Notes under the pieces: model-generated | The model's input: only the letters and a program-made list of their open reading frames with translations | Told to the model about the DNA's origin: nothing | Database searches by the model: none | Translations under genes and position numbers: made by a program | Shown: positions 35,944 through 48,920 of the stretch, piece by piece | Layout of the letters: every line of letters begins with the position of its first letter | Numbering within the stretch: position 1 is the stretch's first letter | From: Mytilus californianus | Lineage: Eukaryota | DNA: 64,000 nucleotides | Assembly (NCBI RefSeq): GCF_021869535.1 | Contig: NW_026262581.1 | Span: forward strand, 13,950,001 to 14,014,000 | Reading direction: 5' to 3'

Positions 35944-36753
35944 ATGGGAATCTTAGATTACATAATACCGGAAGTCGACAAAATTGAATTTCGTAGACCA
36001 TCGGTCAAGCTGTTTTGTATCTTTATTTCACTTGTTTTCTTTGTTTGTGTGTTTGGATTTTCACATTTTATGGGAAAATTATTTAATACGTACAAAATCC
36101 TGGATAAAAAGGAACAGATATTTTGGAATCTGGCAATAGTACGAGCAGTTTATGGAATATTTTGTACAGTCATTGGAATCTGGTCATTTTTTATCGACAG
36201 TGAACTGGAAAAAGATGTTATCTTCGGAACAACACCAACCAGTTATTTTGCGATTTCAGCAACTGTTGGATTTTTTTGTTTTGAATGTCTGGCTGTTTCC
36301 ATATCAGATATAGTGTATAGGAGGTTCAGTATCTTATTGAATATTCATCACTGGATATCGCTTGTTGGATTTTCCATCTTACTGATAGTAGAGAGTAGCC
36401 ATTTTTTCGGCACAAGAGGGCTCTTATTGGAAATGAGCACTCCATTTTCCGCCGTATGCTGGATATTTCTCAAAGCTGGAAAAGCAAACACATTGTTTTG
36501 GAAAGTTAACCAGTTTTTACTTGTTCATTCGTTTCATTTAAGATCAGTAGTCGAATGTTCTATCTGGTACGTTACTTACAAACACTGGGATATAATATGG
36601 GAAACTATGCCAGTGGCTTTCTTTGTTTGCTTATATATACAGCTAACTCTCGTGACCTTCTGGATGACTCCATACTGGACGTATAAGAAAACTGTTCAAA
36701 TGATAAATCCCGTAGATTGGAACTTTGAAGATGGTAAAACAAAGACATCATAA
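35944..36753 (+). CDS. CLN8: CLN8-like TLC-domain ER membrane protein, paralog b (uninterrupted CDS; ORF-track start is 35899)
   Basis: Same CLN8 motifs as paralog a and colinear with it from MG. Acceptor ctctctttgttacag| at 35927. C-terminal KTKTS (KxKxx). Confidence 0.92.
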   Translation: MGILDYIIPEVDKIEFRRPSVKLFCIFISLVFFVCVFGFSHFMGKLFNTYKILDKKEQIFWNLAIVRAVYGIFCTVIGIWSFFIDSELEKDVIFGTTPTSYFAISATVGFFCFECLAVSISDIVYRRFSILLNIHHWISLVGFSILLIVESSHFFGTRGLLLEMSTPFSAVCWIFLKAGKANTLFWKVNQFLLVHSFHLRSVVECSIWYVTYKHWDIIWETMPVAFFVCLYIQLTLVTFWMTPYWTYKKTVQMINPVDWNFEDGKTKTS

Positions 36754-39113
36754 AGAGTAGTTACTGTGTTCAAGTCAGGATTTTTATTGCAATTAACCTT
36801 TATGTACTGAATAGGTTGTGACAAACGATAGACACTATATTTTCACTATACATGTAGCTTCTTTTTTGCACTTTTACAAATCGAGTCAAATATCTTTATC
36901 TTCCATGATTTAAACAAATTAAATGTTTGTGGCAAATTAAAAATCCGCACAAAGCAAACAAGAATCATTATATTAACGCAAACTTCGGAAATGTAGAATA
37001 CAACATGAATAATTTTGGCTGCTTCTGTCATCAGTTTAAATGACTGTATCAAAAAGGTGCCGATTATTTTCAAATGTCCTATCGAAACAGGGCTTATAAT
37101 AGTCAATTTGTCTTACATTCTAGGACTGAATTATCCTCGTTTTCAAGAAGACAACATTATTTGCAAATCCTTTCTTCTGTAGGAGCATTAAAATATCGAA
37201 TCTTCTCTATTTCTAGGGTTTTGTCACTTATACTAAGCTTCGTACAACACTTTCATACATTACTTTCTTATATTCTTATAAAGTCGTGATACATACTGCA
37301 GATTCGATAACTGTTTGGTGTTTTATGCACGAATTTTTAAAATACATTTACACCCAACTACTCAAAATTATATATCGCTTTAGAGAACTACGCCAATAAA
37401 ATATTTTTTTGGTTTTATCATAAGAAATAAAAAAATCCATTCTATAATGCAATTCGTTTGTAACGGCGATTTTGGTAGGAGTATGACCAAGTTCTTTGAA
37501 AGCGTTTTATTTATTATTTATTTATTTTAAAGAAATGACTGGGATAATTCTAAAGATCACCATTCAAATATATACTAGTATTATTATTGTCTAATTTCAT
37601 TCTTTCAATATTGTTTCCCTATTGCTTATGTTTAAGTAACTTATGCGTCATTTTTAGTCTAATTTTATTTTTTGTTAAAATGCATCTACTGTACAGATTG
37701 ACAAGATTTTGTTGATGTAGGTAAGCATTAAATGGTAGTAGGTATAAGTAAAGCTATTATCGTAGGACTCTCTCAGTATCACAAAATAAAAGCCTAAATT
37801 TGTCCACCGATGTTTGCTGCTTAATGTTTCATGTACGAACATTTACCCCACAAGCTTGAATAAGATTATACATATGAAATCTCATATCCATCGAAGCCGG
37901 AATCCATAAATAAAATAGATGGTTGCAGTAAGATTGTATAATTTGCTCAACTGACCAATCGGGCTAGTGTAAGCTGTTTCTAATACTGGAAATCAGTTGT
38001 CTTTTAACTTTTTAAATTCATATCCACTGACAGTAAAATGGAAATGGAACGAAAATTGTTCCATTCAAATCTGTATATCTTTAGTGTTTTTAGGATTTAT
38101 TTTCATATCAACTTCTTACTTTATATTTTCGATCTGTGTTTCAAATTTTTTTATTGCTGACATTGCAAGGTGAATTTTTTGACGTTGCGCGAAATCTATT
38201 TGGAAATACAATGACCGATAGTGGTGTAAGAAAAACTCATTAGACATCTAATTTTGTACGCCAGACGTGCGTTTCGTCTACGAAAGTTGAAGAGCATTGA
38301 AGCCAACAAGGACTACTGGGCTAGTGATGCCCTCGAGGAAAAAACCTCCACCAATAGTGGCATAGCATGATTTCGCTTTCAGCAATTAATGTCAAGGTAC
38401 AGTAAACGGGCTATGTCACAGATTTTTGTAAAATTTTGCATACATCTTTATCTCGTCATATGTTGAAATTAAACTGAAAATCGATAAAATAATGCATTTA
38501 TCTCATTTTCTGAAATATAACTGTATGAATTCTTTCAAAATAGGTGATCATTTGTAAAGAAAACACATAAAATCGGCGAAAAGCGTTCATGTTTGTCTTA
38601 AGATCATCAGATCTCCAATTACAAATCCATAGATTTTTCTTTAAAATGATATGTTTTTGATACAAAAATTTCCGTTTGATTGATATACCATAACCATAGG
38701 GTCACCGACTTCGTTTTACGGTATACAGATATAAGCCAAAAGCTGTGAAATTTTCCAAATATTGGCACCAACTCTCAAATGGCTTGTCCAATGTTTCTGT
38801 AGATTTCATTGGAGATAGATCTTGACCTGCTGATCATTTTACCAATGTCAGTTTTGCTCATACTGCTTTAGTATTTGAGATATAAACAAAAACAAAAACA
38901 AAAAAACAAACTGCATTTTACCCCTATGTTCGATTTTTAGCAACATCAGCCGTGTTTGTTGATAGATCAAATCCGCAGATACAAAATTAAAGATAATTCC
39001 CGAAGAAACATTCAGTTAAAGTTTGGTTACAAAACTCGCATGGCATTTTAGGCCAAGTGATCTTAAAAGGGTAAAAATTAACAGTCAAAGGCAAAATCTC
39101 CTATAAGGGATCA

Positions 39114-39794
39114 TTTGAACATTTGTGAACGCATCTATCCCATCGAACTTATGATAAAGGATACAAAAGATACAGTTAAGTCTGCCTCATATCTTGACTT
39201 ACATCTAGAAATTGACAATGAGGGTCGGTTGAAAACAAAACTTTACGACAAAAGAGATGATTTCGGCTTCCAAATTGTGAACTTTCCATTTCTATGTAGC
39301 AACATTCCAGTAGCGCCTGCATACAGAGTATATATCTCCCAGGGCTTGTATTTCCTATCATGATTTCCTTGATAGAGAGTTGCTGCTCACAAGGAAGCTA
39401 TTAAACCAAGGGTTCCAAGTGGTGAAGTTGAAATCATCCCTTCGTAAATTTTACGGACGCCATCACGAGTTGGTTTACCGTTATGGAATATCCGTTTCAC
39501 AGATGATAGCGGATATGTTCCAAATGTAACTACAATCCCGTCCCCTTTTCCCCGAATGAGACTTATACCAGGTTTGTACTAACATGAACAACACGACGGG
39601 TGCCAAAATGAAGAGCACCTGAGATCACCCCCAGTTTTTGGTGGGGTTCGTGTTGCTTAGTCTTTAGTTTTCTATGTTGTGTTTTGTGTACTATTGTTTG
39701 TCTGTTGGTCTTTTTCTTTTTTATCCATGGCGTTGTCAGTTTATTTTCGACTTATGAGTTTGAATGTCCCTTTGGTATCTTTCGCCTCTCTTTT
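39114..39794 (+). mobile_element. 3' fragment of a Penelope-like retroelement (RT C-terminus + tail)
   Basis: RIYPIELMIKDTKDTVKSASYLDLHLEIDNEGRLKTKLYDKRDDF.FQIVNFPFLCSNIP..PAY.VYISQ, then deletions and frameshifts, and a T-rich tail. Confidence 0.85.
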
Positions 39795-40205
39795 GTACCA
39801 TGTTGACTAATAGATAGGTCTTATTGTTCTGGTCACTTTTACTGATTAATATTTCGTGTTTTATAATTTTCAGGACAACCAAAATCTTTGAAATTTGCTA
39901 AAATTTTACATTTCAGGGGCAATAATTCCAAAAAGGAATGTCCGATTTTTCAAAAAAGTTACACAGGAGATAGACCTTAACCTTTTGATTATTTGTACCC
40001 ATGTCAACGTTACTTTATCTATTTGAATTTTTGAGACATAAGCCAAAAACTGTAAAATTTTGTAAAAATTGAAATTTCAGGAGCAATAACTCCAAAATAG
40101 GTTGTCGATTTTCCTGAAAATTACATAGATAGACCTTGTCTAGCTGATAATTTTACCAATGTCAGTTTCGTTTAACTGCAAACAATTGAGAGATATAAGT
40201 CAATA

Positions 40206-41470
40206 AAATGCTCCGCTGGGCGCAGCTTGATACGACCGCAGAGGTCGAACCCTGAACAGTTGTGGCAAGTATGGACACAACATTCAAGCTTGATACAGCA
40301 CTGAATTTGGATTGTGGTTAAATATTTGACACAGCATAGGTTTCTGACACAGAATGAATGTGGTCTAAGAACTTATATTTTTTTAATTTACCTATTCAAA
40401 CCATATCATTATTATTTGCTTTTAAGTAACCAATTTAAAATGGAAAATTTTAAAGAAAAAAAAAGGGGAAAAAAATCCCCCCTCAAATATTTTGAACCCC
40501 CTTATGATTCATCACCCCCAAACTCATTCCCAGCCTTCCCTTTGTGTTACAATGTATGGTGCCTTGCAGTACAATTTCAGAGAGATCCGTACACTTGAAT
40601 ACAAGTTATATATTGTCTGGAAACTAGAAAAATGCTTGTTTTTTTGCCCCTTTTTGGCCCCAAATGCCTAAACGTTTAGGGCAATTACCTCCAAACTCAA
40701 ACCCAGCTTTCCCTTTGTGATATGGAACCTTGTTGTACAATTTCATAAAGATCCATACACTTACACACAAGTTATTGTCCTGAAACTAGAAAAATGCTTG
40801 TTTTTTTGCCCCTTTTTGTCCCCTAATTCCTAAAATTTTGAGGCAATTACCCCCAAAATCAATCCCAGCCTTCCCTTTGTGGTATGGTACCTTGCAGTAC
40901 AATTTCAGAGAGATTCATACACTTGAACACAAGTTATTGTCTGGAAACTAAAAAAACACTTATTTTTGGCCCCCTTTTAGCCCCTTATTCCTAAACGTTT
41001 TGGGCAATTACCCCCAAACTCAATTCCAGCTTTCCCTTTGTGATATGGAACCTTGTAGTACAATTTCAGAAAGATCCATACACTTACACACAAGTTATTG
41101 TCATGAAACTAGAAAAATGCTTGTTTTTTGCCCCTTTTTTGGCCCCTAATTCCTAAAATTTTGAGGCAATTACCCCCAAAATCAATCCCAGCATTCCCTT
41201 TGTGATATGGAACCTTGCGGTACAATGTCAGAGAGATCCATACACTAACACACAAGTTATGTCTGGAAGTTACAAAAATGCTTATTTTTGGCCCCTAATT
41301 CCTTAACTGTTGGTACCATAACCCCCAAACCTTCCTTTTGTGGTATTGAACCTTGTGGTAAAATTTCATAGAAATCCATTCACTTAAACTAAAGTTAAAG
41401 TGCGAAAACCAATGTGTCTTCGGACAATGATGACGACGACGCCAACATCATACCAATATACGACAAAATT
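40206..41470 (+). mobile_element. Family B Helentron/DINE-like element with five internal units of about 161-174 bp
   Basis: 5' 'gctccgctgggcgcagcttgatacgaccgcag', internal tandem units at 40516-41340, 3' (GAC)n microsatellite and 'tatacgac'. Confidence 0.75.
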
Positions 41471-43413
41471 TTTAAGATAATATTCAATGACTATGAAATT
41501 TTGCTAAAGATTGACATTTCAAAGTCAATAAGTCCAAAATAAGTAATAATTTTGTTTGAAAATTGGAAGATGGATAGATCTTGACTTGCTGGTTGTTTTC
41601 ATCCTGTCATTTGTTTTCTTACTGCTTCAGTTTGTTGAGATGCAAGCCAAAAACAAGTCTTATCTTATACTCTATTTTATCTTTGGGAGAAATGTTTTTT
41701 TCAGCGGGTCAGAAAAAAACAAAGATGTTTGTAGAGGTCAGGAAATTTGATCATTTTTATTAACCCTGCTTTATACTAGACAGACACACTGAGCCGGATT
41801 TTTAACGTGCTAGTTCACAAGGTAACCAACCTTAAGGGCCAGGTGAGCTAAAATTATAACATAAACTACATGAAATTTTGACAGTGTATAAGACCACACA
41901 AACTATCAACACCTTTGGGAAAAAACAGATGTACAAACAAATGAAAAAAAAAAAATACAAGCAACACATGATCCTTCATGCTCCTCACATGTGAAATGTT
42001 ACTTTTGTTATTGTATTGTCTAAAAGTTTGATTTTATTAATCATTTTAGACAAGGTGTTAAAGGGTAAACTTGGAAAATACCCTTTTTGAAATAGCCTAG
42101 CAAGAGGTCTAACATGGTCACTCTACAATCAAACACAAAACAGGCATGACATTATATTGCTTTATTCATAAAAACTGTTATTAAAATACATATTTACAAA
42201 TCTCAAAGCTAACAAAATGTGCATCTAAAACAACTAGGCAGTGTGCCCTGCACTCAAATATTCTTAACAAAACTTGTATAATTAACAGTTGCAAAATAAA
42301 AATTTCTGAAAAAGTATTTTTAAAAAAACGTTTTCATATAAAGACTGGTATAAAATAATTTGCATACTTTATATTAAGTCTATTGGTAAAATATAACCTG
42401 TATACCATCATACTGGAATGTTTTTAACAAAAATCAAACCATACAGAACCTCATAAAAATAAAAAAATAGTTCAATAAACTACGCAAATGATTCAAAGTA
42501 GAAAAAGAACTTTTAATGAAATAATTTTAATATTGGGTCCAATGTTCAAAAGCTAACTTGCCTTGCAGCAATACATTTTTCTCAATGTTCATATATTTTT
42601 TTCCATATTTGTTTTGTTTTTGAAGTTAAGATAAGTTAATTTTATACAATCAAAGTAAAGTAGAAATTTTTTAAATGATGAAAATTAAATTTTCCCTGGA
42701 CAGTATTTTAAAACAGTTTATAGTCTAAAATTTTATTACCAAAACAGACATACTTTTTTGACATTTGTTTAACAATTTTTTTTCTGACAGAGGGTACAAT
42801 ATTTTCCCCAATTCAGAAAATTGTAATAGACCTAGAATGGGTTAAATGCAAGACTGTACAATTTATAAACACAATGATATCAAATTTACATTATAATGTT
42901 AATGATACAGATCTCCTTTATAAGATAACAATTCAAATACCGGGAAGGTGTCACATCAGAGTAAAAAAAAAAGGGTAAAACTTTGTATCTAAATCATATG
43001 AATCGTTAAAATATATATTCCTGTTTTTATTTAATTATTTGTATTTTAGATATGGGCTGGTCATAGATTTTTGTCATTTTCAATAAAAAGTCCAGGCAAC
43101 ATTTTTCCATTCCTGTACAATTACTTTTAATTGCAACGAATCCCTTTTCCTGATTTTGTATCTATCAAAACCACGACTTTTAATTGATTTATGAATTAAC
43201 AATGACCAGCAGCAAAGATAGTAACATGTTGATATCATATGAATACAGCATGAATAGTAACACCCAATAAAATTCACATCTGGTAATATTTTCCCCAGAT
43301 TTGGAATAAATATCTGATAATATTTTCCCCAGATTTGGAATAAATATCTGACATTTTCTCCAGATTTGGAATTATATCAGATAATATTTCACACAGATTT
43401 AAAATAAATATCG

Positions 43414-43602
43414 GATATTTTCCACTGAAAGGAATGTCAGATGACATTTTCAATTTATACAGAGTGTATATCTGATATTTTCCACTGAAAGGAATGTCAG
43501 ATGACATTTTCAATTTATACAGAGTGTATATCTGATATTTTCCACTGAAAGGAATGTCAGATGACATTTTCAATTTGTACAGAGTGTATATCTGATATTT
43601 TC
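43414..43602. repeat. 60-bp tandem repeat, 3 near-perfect copies, preceded by shorter degenerate units from about 43285
   Basis: Lines 43441 and 43501 are identical. The third unit has one substitution. Confidence 0.95.
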
Positions 43603-46193
43603 CTGATATGTTAAGTCTGACAACACTATTTCAAAAGTTAAGGTATAATTAATTAAAACGGATCATTGCAGCACTTAAACTCTGTTACATTCATCTTGAT
43701 TTAAAATAATAGAAAAACAAGATGTTTTTTTCTATAACTTCAATGTTATAACTATATATATAAAGTACAGTGCAATTTATATGCATGATCATAAGGCCCC
43801 AACTACCCAAAGAAATATAAAGAAAAAATAGAATCTTTTTATTCTTAAATTTTTTCTCTCTCACTGTGATAGATAGAAACTCTATCTTTTTTGGCATTAA
43901 TGCATTTATGTGTTCTTAAATTATCCAAATTTGCTATTTTATTATGAAGTATGATCTTGCTCTACTTATATACAAGTATAATTCATTAGTTACACTGACA
44001 ATTAATTAACTTCTTAAACTGATATTGTGTTTTTGCTAACAGAATATTTACAATATGTTCAATTGAATAGTGACTGAAAACAACGCTCCGCTCCGTAAGA
44101 AACTCTTTTTTACAAACATAATAGTAAAGGTTTTTAATGACAATATCTCTATTCCTATGTGACAAATACAGCAGATGACATAATTAATACCCTTTATAAT
44201 CAAGGATTTTGACAATATAACTACAGATAAATGTTATAAGAGTACACTTTGAAGATGTGTTCCTCACAGGTACAAAGGCAGCTAATTTGTCTAGCTGAAA
44301 TTAAACTATGGTAATTTTGTAAAAGATATTTCCTTCTCATGATTTCAAATTTTCTTAAATATTTTGTTACACTTATGGCCTTTTCCTATGCCATGTGTAT
44401 ATAGTACCCCCAGCAACCCCATTATCTCTCAACATTCCTTAAAAAGCCTTTCAGATACAAATTTTGTAAACTGTGTATCAAATCAATGATATCATATATA
44501 TTTCAAGTTTATAAAATGTTAACATAGTTTTCAAGTAACAGCTTTCCTTCTCTGCCTTTTTCCTTGTGAATTTCGGCATGAGTATCCTAATCAAACACTT
44601 GTTTTTTTCCTGATAAAGTGATATGATTCATTGTTCTTTGTTTAACAATCAATTTACCCCTTGATTCTGTGAAATGATGCCATGTGAAAAAAATCCTCTT
44701 GGTTATAATGCTATTTCAAATGTCTGGCTCTACAGACAAATTCGAAAAAAATAAAGACTCTTAATTGCAAAAATCACTTATGTGTATACAAGCACTGCTT
44801 CAATTGGTCAAATTTATTAAAAAAGTTGCATATCAAGTAAACATCTTGACTTGCATGAAGTTTTCATTTAAAGCTGTCATAAATAAAAATCCTGAAAAAT
44901 CTGACATATTTTTTAAAGGGATAGAAATAATTTTACCCAACTTAGTTGTTATTTGCTCAAATGGCAGAACATTTTTTGGAATTAGTGTAAAATAGTTTTA
45001 AACCAAACTTTATGAACAACAAATATCTAAGTGATATTTCCTTACAAATGACATGATTAAAGTGTTAAGGTTTATGTGTAAACGTAGATTTATTTTAATC
45101 TAACAGATAATAATTTTCCTGGGGTCTGTAGAAACTGTGAAATGCACGCCAGAATACAGAACTATTAACATTTTTGATGGTACAAAAAGTAAAATTTACC
45201 AACAAAATAATGTTCCCACAAAACCTAAAAATGTATTTGCAGTTGTTTACTTATTTCATTTTGCTGATAATTTTTTTATTCATAACTAATTTTTATCTCT
45301 CCATATCAAGTTAAATTCACAGGTAAATAAGAAATTTCTCCTTTAAACTGAATTTCTGGTCAGATTAATCTTAGTTAATAAATGGAAGTGAAAAAGATTT
45401 TGAAACAAAAATGTTATTTTTGTTCAATAATCTATGATGCCATTTATTTTGACAACAATTATATACCATTGGTATGTCGACTTAAGGAACTCTTCAAACA
45501 CAACATATAATCTGGTGGATATAATTAATCTATGGTGTAAAGTGTCCATTTTTCAAGTATGAGATCGAAATGAATAATGTTAACTGCATGACCTAAACAT
45601 TAATAAACAATACAGATTTATAAACTTATACAGTCTGCACATGAATTACATAAAAAACATAAAAGCATTATATAAAAAAATATCCATCTACAGTTAAATG
45701 AAGCAAATTAAAAAAAATGACATAGAACTGTATAATATATTAGGATTAGTATACATAACTGGCTTAACAGCAACTGTTAGGGGTGTCATCATATACAGGT
45801 ATACATATGTAGTTCATTACAATACACAACATCATCCCAAATAAAACTTATATTTTCATATTTTCTTCAGTTTTTTCCCCATTTCCTTTACCTTTTAAAG
45901 AAGTATTTTATTGCTAGCTTTTTCAAACATTTGGTAAGAAAAGCTTGCTTGTAAATGTGAAAAAATGCCATGGTTGAAGAAGTTGTTCCTTGACTGACTT
46001 TAAAACATGTTTTAAAAAAGCCTTCAAGAAAAAGATGCAAGTTAAGTAAATATGTGATCATTTAGATGCTGTTACTTGATCATACATAGTATGATAGTAT
46101 ACATGTATGTATGTAATACAGTGTACAGCCAGCATATCATGACATCCCTACACAAAACCTAAGTCTGGAGCTTTCTTTAGATAATTATGAATA

Positions 46194-46512
46194 CTAATGT
46201 CCTGTGGCTTGTTTAGCTGCCACAATCAGGGGTCGCAATGTTGTCAGTGGTCTCGCTTTTGCTAGAAATTTGTGGGCTAGTAACTCCTGAGTGTCGGCAC
46301 GTTTTTCAACTTCCACTTCCAAGCACCGATCTAGGAAGTCCTTCAATTCAGGAGACAGTTTTTCTGCATTTTTGATATCTGGTTTTCCTTTCGTTGCTAT
46401 ACGATAAATGGCCTTCAGTGGGGTTTCATTCAAATAAGGTGGTTCCCCTTCTAACATTTCTATAATCATGATTCCCATACTCCAGATATCTACTTTCTTT
46501 CCGTAATGTTTT
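46194..46512 (-). CDS. PAK: Group I p21-activated kinase, coding exon 6 (kinase C-lobe, stop)
   Basis: Acceptor tcttccag|, phase 2. (R)[32 protein letters not shown]...AAKQATGH*. Confidence 0.95.
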
Positions 46513-47077
46513 CTGGAAGATTAAACAAAAACACATATTTAAAAAAATTCAGCAGACAAATATCATTGCTCACACTTTTTTATTCGTATGTACAATGACG
46601 TAAATAATTATGCATTCACAATAAATTCTTTGTCCTTTGGTTTTGAATGGATAGTTGTCACACTGGAAAGAAATCCAAATCTCCTTTTTATTTTAATTGG
46701 TTTTTTTGTACTAATTGACCTGTCTTTATATTTTCTTTTTCATTTAAGACGACTTTTTTCTTCATAAAAGGTATCTTGTAACGTAGATACCCTTACCTTT
46801 AATGCATATTTTAAACCTGATTTTAATAATGTACCTTTACATTAAATTTTTTGGACATTTATTTTAGTAAGATTGAATGCTGGTAATTGAGCAAGTGGTG
46901 AAGTTGTTGCGGGACTCACAACTATCTGACAGACATACTATTTAGATGTATTCCAATTAGAAAGCAAGGTCAAAAGCGCAATTCATTTATGGTGATCTTT
47001 AAATTTCTTTAATTAAGTCCAAATTATATTTTCAAACATGATGTATAAAAATGATGATCTACAGTTATTTGATTTAC

Positions 47078-47560
47078 CTGGACACTACCTCTGGGGCCAT
47101 CCAGTAGGGAGTTCCAACCATAGTCTGCCTTTTTGCACTATCACCACTGAGTTGAGCACAAAAACCAAAATCGGTTAATTTAACTGTCCCATTCATACCA
47201 AGTAAGACATTGTCACTCTTTATATCCCTGTGTATACAATGTTTTTCATGCAGATAGTCTAATGCCTGTAGACATTCTCGTGACACTGCAGCAATCTGTC
47301 CCTCGTTCATGATGGTTTCTGTTACGACGTCAGTTAAGGCACCGCCATCTAGATATTCCATTACTACCCATAGTTCTTGTTTTTCTGATAGATAATAGCA
47401 ATCTAAGAAATTGACGATATTTGGATGTTTATAATCCTTCATTACTTCGATTTCTGTAATTAAAAGTTCTTTTTTTGGTTGATTTGTCAAATCCATCATT
47501 TTAATAGCAACTACTGCATCAGCATCAACAGGTTTGGCCATACATACATTTCCAGAGGCA
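47078..47560 (-). CDS. PAK: Group I PAK, coding exon 5 (kinase core)
   Basis: (G)[40 protein letters not shown]. Phase 2/2 AG/GT junctions. Confidence 0.97.
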
Positions 47561-48245
47561 CTGAAATTAAAGAAAACAAACATGATAACTATATTCCATG
47601 AGAAAAATCAAGATTTCAATTTATCGTAAATTTGTAATTTTCCCTGTGATCCTACTGCCTAAATGGTTTATAAGATTGATGAAAGGATATGATATTTGAC
47701 AAATAAGCCAAAGACTTATCTTTTTCATGTCCATGTGTGTCAAGTTATCAATAAAATGCAGGCAACATCATTCATAAACCAAACAACTGTCGCGATGTTT
47801 TGTAAGCGCAATATGATTTTTTTTTCAACTACTTCATGTAACTTCATATATCCTACCTAAGAAGCTTATTAATTTAAAAGACAAATTGCCAATTAAGAGA
47901 TAACGGCATTTTATATTTGATACAGACTTTATCAGCTTGCCATTACCAGCTCCTAGCAAGCTTGCTTGACATTTTTGCTGATAAAATTAGTATCAAAAAC
48001 AAATGCCATTATTCTGTATGTTTATCAAAGATCACTGATGTTTGTTGATTGGTTGATAACTGAGATTTCTAAGACCTTCAGGGACCATGTAACAGTGCCA
48101 TGAAGATTTTAGGCAGCATGTCTATTCTACTGTGTTCTATCTTAATTATACAAACAAACTATTATTCTGACAACAAACAGTACAGTTTATTTTAGTCTTT
48201 GAGAACAATTTTGCTTCAAAATCTTCTGCCACTGCCCAAACTTAC

Positions 48246-48309
48246 CCTGAACCGAGTTTCTTTTGAATCTGATATTTAGAGGAGGCATCTCCAGGTGAAG
48301 CTAACCGTT
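48246..48309 (-). CDS. PAK: Group I PAK, coding exon 4 (64 nt, absent from the ORF track)
   Basis: ttattttcag| (Q)RLASPGDASSKYQIQKKLGS(G) |gtaagt. Joins DEIHAGL to GASG as in other PAKs. Confidence 0.93.
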
Positions 48310-48920
48310 CTGAAAATAACAAATATGGCATGTCTGTTAATTTTTCCTATGTATACAAGTACAAGTATTTAGTAGAACAATATATCAATTATGGTTGGTA
48401 CATACCTTTAATAATGGCAGGTTACCATCCTGCTCAGCTCATTCAAAATTCTCAATTTACCATATTGTGATGACAAAAAACATTTATATAAACTTGATCA
48501 TTGTTGAAGGCCAAACAGTGCCCTATAGTAACTAACATTCAAATCATTAGGACTCTGGTTGATAGTTGTCTCATTAGAATTAAACCGCATCTCCTTATTT
48601 TTTATATCGATTCATATCTTTGACCTGAATCTATCAAGTATAATTTTGTTAAAGCTGGACAGAATAAAACATTCATATTTAGATCAGTACTATCAATTGT
48701 TAGATATTGTATTATATCAGCTGCTTAAAACTCAAAATATAGTGCTCTCTGATTCTTATTGGTGTTATACATGTTATAAAATAATAATTTGCAGAAAAAG
48801 AAACTATTCCTTTTCACATTTCTGTATTTATCTTCACAATGCATTACTTCTTTATGCTAATATCACAAACTGATAGGAATGAAGGGTTTATACATTATTA
48901 TTTAGCCTTTTATTAGAAAT

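Noticed and set aside
43274-43573. 99-aa ORF with three MSSDIPFSGKYQIYTLYKLK repeats
   Set aside because: A by-product of a 60-bp tandem repeat, with no splice or homology support.
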